Both the position numbers and the translations under genes were made by a program. Under the pieces are notes generated by a model, which made no database searches, was not told the origin of the DNA, and was given only the letters and a program-made list of their open reading frames with translations. From the IMG/VR virus record IMGVR_UViG_3300044701_000569, positions 293,560-357,559 of that record: a DNA stretch of 64,000 nucleotides; one strand, 5' to 3'. How positions within the stretch are numbered: position 1 is the first letter of the stretch; every line of letters begins with the position of its first letter. This document shows, one piece after another, positions 61,613 to 64,000 of this stretch.

Positions 61613-63170
61613 AGAATATTAAAGCGTAGACGAAAAGATCATCTTGACTTATATTAGAAGCTAGGCGATTGTTTATATCTGTGAGATCACTAATATCTAC
61701 TGGAATAGTTGGCTTGTTTGTTAAGTCTGCGTAACTGCCAGAAAACAGTGTAGGCGTATCGCTAAGGTCGTTGTAACTTGTAACTAGTGTTGGTTTATTA
61801 GTTAGGTCTTCGTAGCTTCCTGAAAACAATGTTGGAAGTCCAGTTAAGTCGTCATAGCTGCCGCTGAACAATGTAGGAAGATCTGTTAAATCATTATAGC
61901 TGACAGTTGTTAAGTAACCTTGAGTTGTTACATAAGTTTCAGTAGCATATCCTGTTAGAGCAGAAATAGTAATAAATCCTGCGTTATTTGTTAAATCTCC
62001 GGTGTCCGAAGGTATTGTTGGTTTATTAGTTAGATCGTTGTAACTGCCGCTGAACAGAGTTGGTTTACCGCTCAACTGGTCATAAGTGATGTTAGGAATA
62101 TCTCTGCCATCAAAATTCAATCGTTTGCCTGTGCCAATGTTTGTCCAGTATTGAGTATTGCTTGTTGGCAAACTTTCGTTATCAAAGTTTGCAACATATA
62201 TGCTGCCATTATCATACACAGCATCCCCTGCAAGATAGCGTGTATTTTCTCCGCCAGGTAACAGTGTATGATTAGCGGTCCATTGCGGGGCAACTGCTAA
62301 CGAAGTTGGTTTATCAGTTAAGTCATTATAGCTGCCGCTGAACAGTGAAGGTAGGTCAGTCAACTGATTATAGCTAGTAACTCCTCCTGAAACTGTTACA
62401 CTTACAATTCCATCAGCATCAATTGTTAGACCAGAACCTATTTTAATTCCGCCCAGTATGCTGTTGGATGCTTTTGGTAAGCTATATCCTGCACCACTGG
62501 AAGAAAGAACATTGTTGTTATCACTAAGTTGGCTGATGTCAGTTGGTATAGTGGGTTTATCAGTCAGTTGAGTGTAACTTGTAATTAGGGTAGGTTTATT
62601 AGTTAGATCGTTGTAGCTTCCGCTGAATCCGTCTACAGTACCATCTGCATTTTTTGTTAGGCCTCGACCAATTTTAATTCCGCCTTTTACAGATCCACTA
62701 GCTTCCGGAACGTCAGTGATAAAACCTCTACCGTTTACAAATGATTCAGTAGCATATCCGGTTAATGCTGTATTTGTAATAAAACCAGCACTGTTTGTAA
62801 GCTGGCTGGTATTTGTTGGTACAGTTGGTTTATTTGTTAAGTCGTCGTAGTTGCCGCTGAATAGGGTTGGCTTGTTTGTTAAATCTGCGTAACTGCCGCT
62901 AAATCCGCTTATAACCTGATTGTTAATTCTAATAGTAGTGCCATCAACTTTAACACCACCTTTGGTTGTTGCCGATGCAGTGGGTAGTGTATAAGTTACT
63001 CCACCGCCTCCATCAGTGCCGCCTGTTGATAACGGAACACCACCAGGAGTTTCACCGTCAGACAGTCTTAGTACGCCGTCTGAAATATCAAAGAAAAGGT
63101 TTCCAACTTCGCCTACGAAAACGTCAATATCAGCATTGACCAAACCGGCTTTAATTTTACGAAACGCCAT
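61611..63170 (-). CDS. repeat-rich virion fibre protein
   Basis: About 13 (LF)SGSYxDLTxKPT repeats, three PxAS...GG(V/I)K repeats, internal W..RYLAGDAVYDNG.IY (CBM5/12-like). Confidence 0.8.
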   Translation of the reverse strand: MAFRKIKAGLVNADIDVFVGEVGNLFFDISDGVLRLSDGETPGGVPLSTGGTDGGGGVTYTLPTASATTKGGVKVDGTTIRINNQVISGFSGSYADLTNKPTLFSGNYDDLTNKPTVPTNTSQLTNSAGFITNTALTGYATESFVNGRGFITDVPEASGSVKGGIKIGRGLTKNADGTVDGFSGSYNDLTNKPTLITSYTQLTDKPTIPTDISQLSDNNNVLSSSGAGYSLPKASNSILGGIKIGSGLTIDADGIVSVTVSGGVTSYNQLTDLPSLFSGSYNDLTDKPTSLAVAPQWTANHTLLPGGENTRYLAGDAVYDNGSIYVANFDNESLPTSNTQYWTNIGTGKRLNFDGRDIPNITYDQLSGKPTLFSGSYNDLTNKPTIPSDTGDLTNNAGFITISALTGYATETYVTTQGYLTTVSYNDLTDLPTLFSGSYDDLTGLPTLFSGSYEDLTNKPTLVTSYNDLSDTPTLFSGSYADLTNKPTIPVDISDLTDINNRLASNISQDDLFVYALIF

Positions 63171-63199
63171 CCCTTAGCCCCCTATACGATATTTATCGG

Positions 63200-63424
63200 T
63201 TACTGTTTAGGAATTGGTTTCTCGTCTTGTGTTAGTTTTTGTATTACAGGACTGATTTTGCCTTGATCAGCTTTCTTTAATTCAATGTCTTGCTGAAGTG
63301 GAGGAACAAACACTGGATTCTGATCAAAGTCTTTTGGATCTTTTGGTGGCAGTTCGTTAGAAGACTCGCCGTCTAGCTTGTCAATAATATCGGCCAAAGC
63401 CCTCATAAATTCTGCTGCTCTCAT
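63200..63424 (-). CDS. hypothetical late protein
   Basis: MRAAEF, FVPPLQQ; TAAATA 5 nt before the ATG. Confidence 0.75.
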   Translation of the reverse strand: MRAAEFMRALADIIDKLDGESSNELPPKDPKDFDQNPVFVPPLQQDIELKKADQGKISPVIQKLTQDEKPIPKQ

Positions 63425-63438
63425 ACTATTATTTACCG

Positions 63439-63861
63439 TTATTCTGTTCTGTCTTTGTTATCTATGGCTCCGCCTGTTACCCAGGCACTACAAGAACGTG
63501 TTCCAGCGCATTTGAAATGGAGGAAATTGCAGTATCCTAAATCTGCTTTGTGTATTGTAGCCATTCCGTCAACATTTGCGTCATCACCTTTGATGCCGTC
63601 TTCCATGCACTTCCACATCTTGTCTGATACATCAAAAGCTGCACAATTACCACATTTCATAGTCTTAGCAGTCTTTTCTGTGATGTTCCAACGACGGGCA
63701 GCATCCTTCCAATATGATTCTGGCTCTTCAGGATTAGCAGGACCGTAGTGATAATCATCTATGGCCTTTTGACGATTCTTTAAGTTAACATCTATGTCGT
63801 AGGTTGCTATAGGACAGCCCTTGTTAGCTGCTTCTACAATGTTGATATACTTGCGATACAT
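63439..63861 (-). CDS. Cys-rich protein (possible Fe-S/Zn binding)
   Basis: CGNC..F, GYC, FKC..RSC.AW; GGAG SD before ATG 63861. Confidence 0.75.
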   Translation of the reverse strand: MYRKYINIVEAANKGCPIATYDIDVNLKNRQKAIDDYHYGPANPEEPESYWKDAARRWNITEKTAKTMKCGNCAAFDVSDKMWKCMEDGIKGDDANVDGMATIHKADLGYCNFLHFKCAGTRSCSAWVTGGAIDNKDRTE

Positions 63862-64000
63862 TAATAAATCTCCCGCCATTGTAGACTAACTCTAGCAGTA
63901 CCATCTGCTGATCCAATATTAGTTACTGCTATCACATAGATTTCGCTGTCTGTGCTGTCATAGTTCTGTACAATGTAGTTCTTTTTAGCACTACTGGGAA
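63861..64000 (-). CDS. C-terminus of a probable structural protein (partial)
   Basis: Open frame ...EIYVIAVTNIGSADGTARVSLQWREIY-TAA. Confidence 0.6.
   Translation of the reverse strand, partial: PSSAKKNYIVQNYDSTDSEIYVIAVTNIGSADGTARVSLQWREIY

Noticed and set aside
61700-62900. CRISPR-like DNA repeats
   Set aside because: Repeats are in-frame, vary at synonymous positions and encode fibre peptide repeats.
1-64000. Bacterial chromosome or prophage origin; stop-codon reassignment
   Set aside because: Host-like genes are interleaved with rII, PAAR, fibre and phage hypothetical genes under phage promoters, no integrase is seen, and known genes are full length in the standard code.

Overview
This is a 64-kb segment of a large lytic tailed (myovirus-like, probably jumbo) bacteriophage genome. 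It is densely coding, mostly on the minus strand, in the standard genetic code. There is no integrase, CRISPR array, rRNA or canonical tRNA. Recognisable phage genes are rIIA/rIIB, nrdA/nrdB, glutaredoxin, a PD-(D/E)xK exonuclease, a PAAR protein, two fibre proteins and many small hypotheticals. Host-type auxiliary genes are unusually numerous: ClpP, ClpS, Bax-inhibitor-1, TilS, IF-1, bS21, CspA, Hsp20, AhpC/AhpD, GuaC, DadA, ACP, and heme oxygenase plus a PcyX-like bilin reductase. Two promoter classes recur: sigma70-like TTGACA-N16-TAnnnT and a T4-late-like TAAATA. Best candidate novel systems: (1) a late-expressed CsgF-CsgG-curlin-FecR-discoidin/curlin-CHASE2 adenylate cyclase cluster that looks like amyloid secretion coupled to trans-envelope cAMP signalling; (2) a circularly permuted two-piece tmRNA whose intervening segment holds an SD-led 24-aa hydrophobic ORF; (3) a -1 frameshift/slippage site extending a scaffold-like protein; (4) host-style cis-regulators (OxyR box, ROSE thermometer, RBS-occluding cspA hairpin); (5) enzymes with capsid-targeting-like N-termini (two nucleotidyltransferases, a KxDG ligase-like protein and a nuclease). 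All family calls come from motif recognition by eye; no database searches were run.
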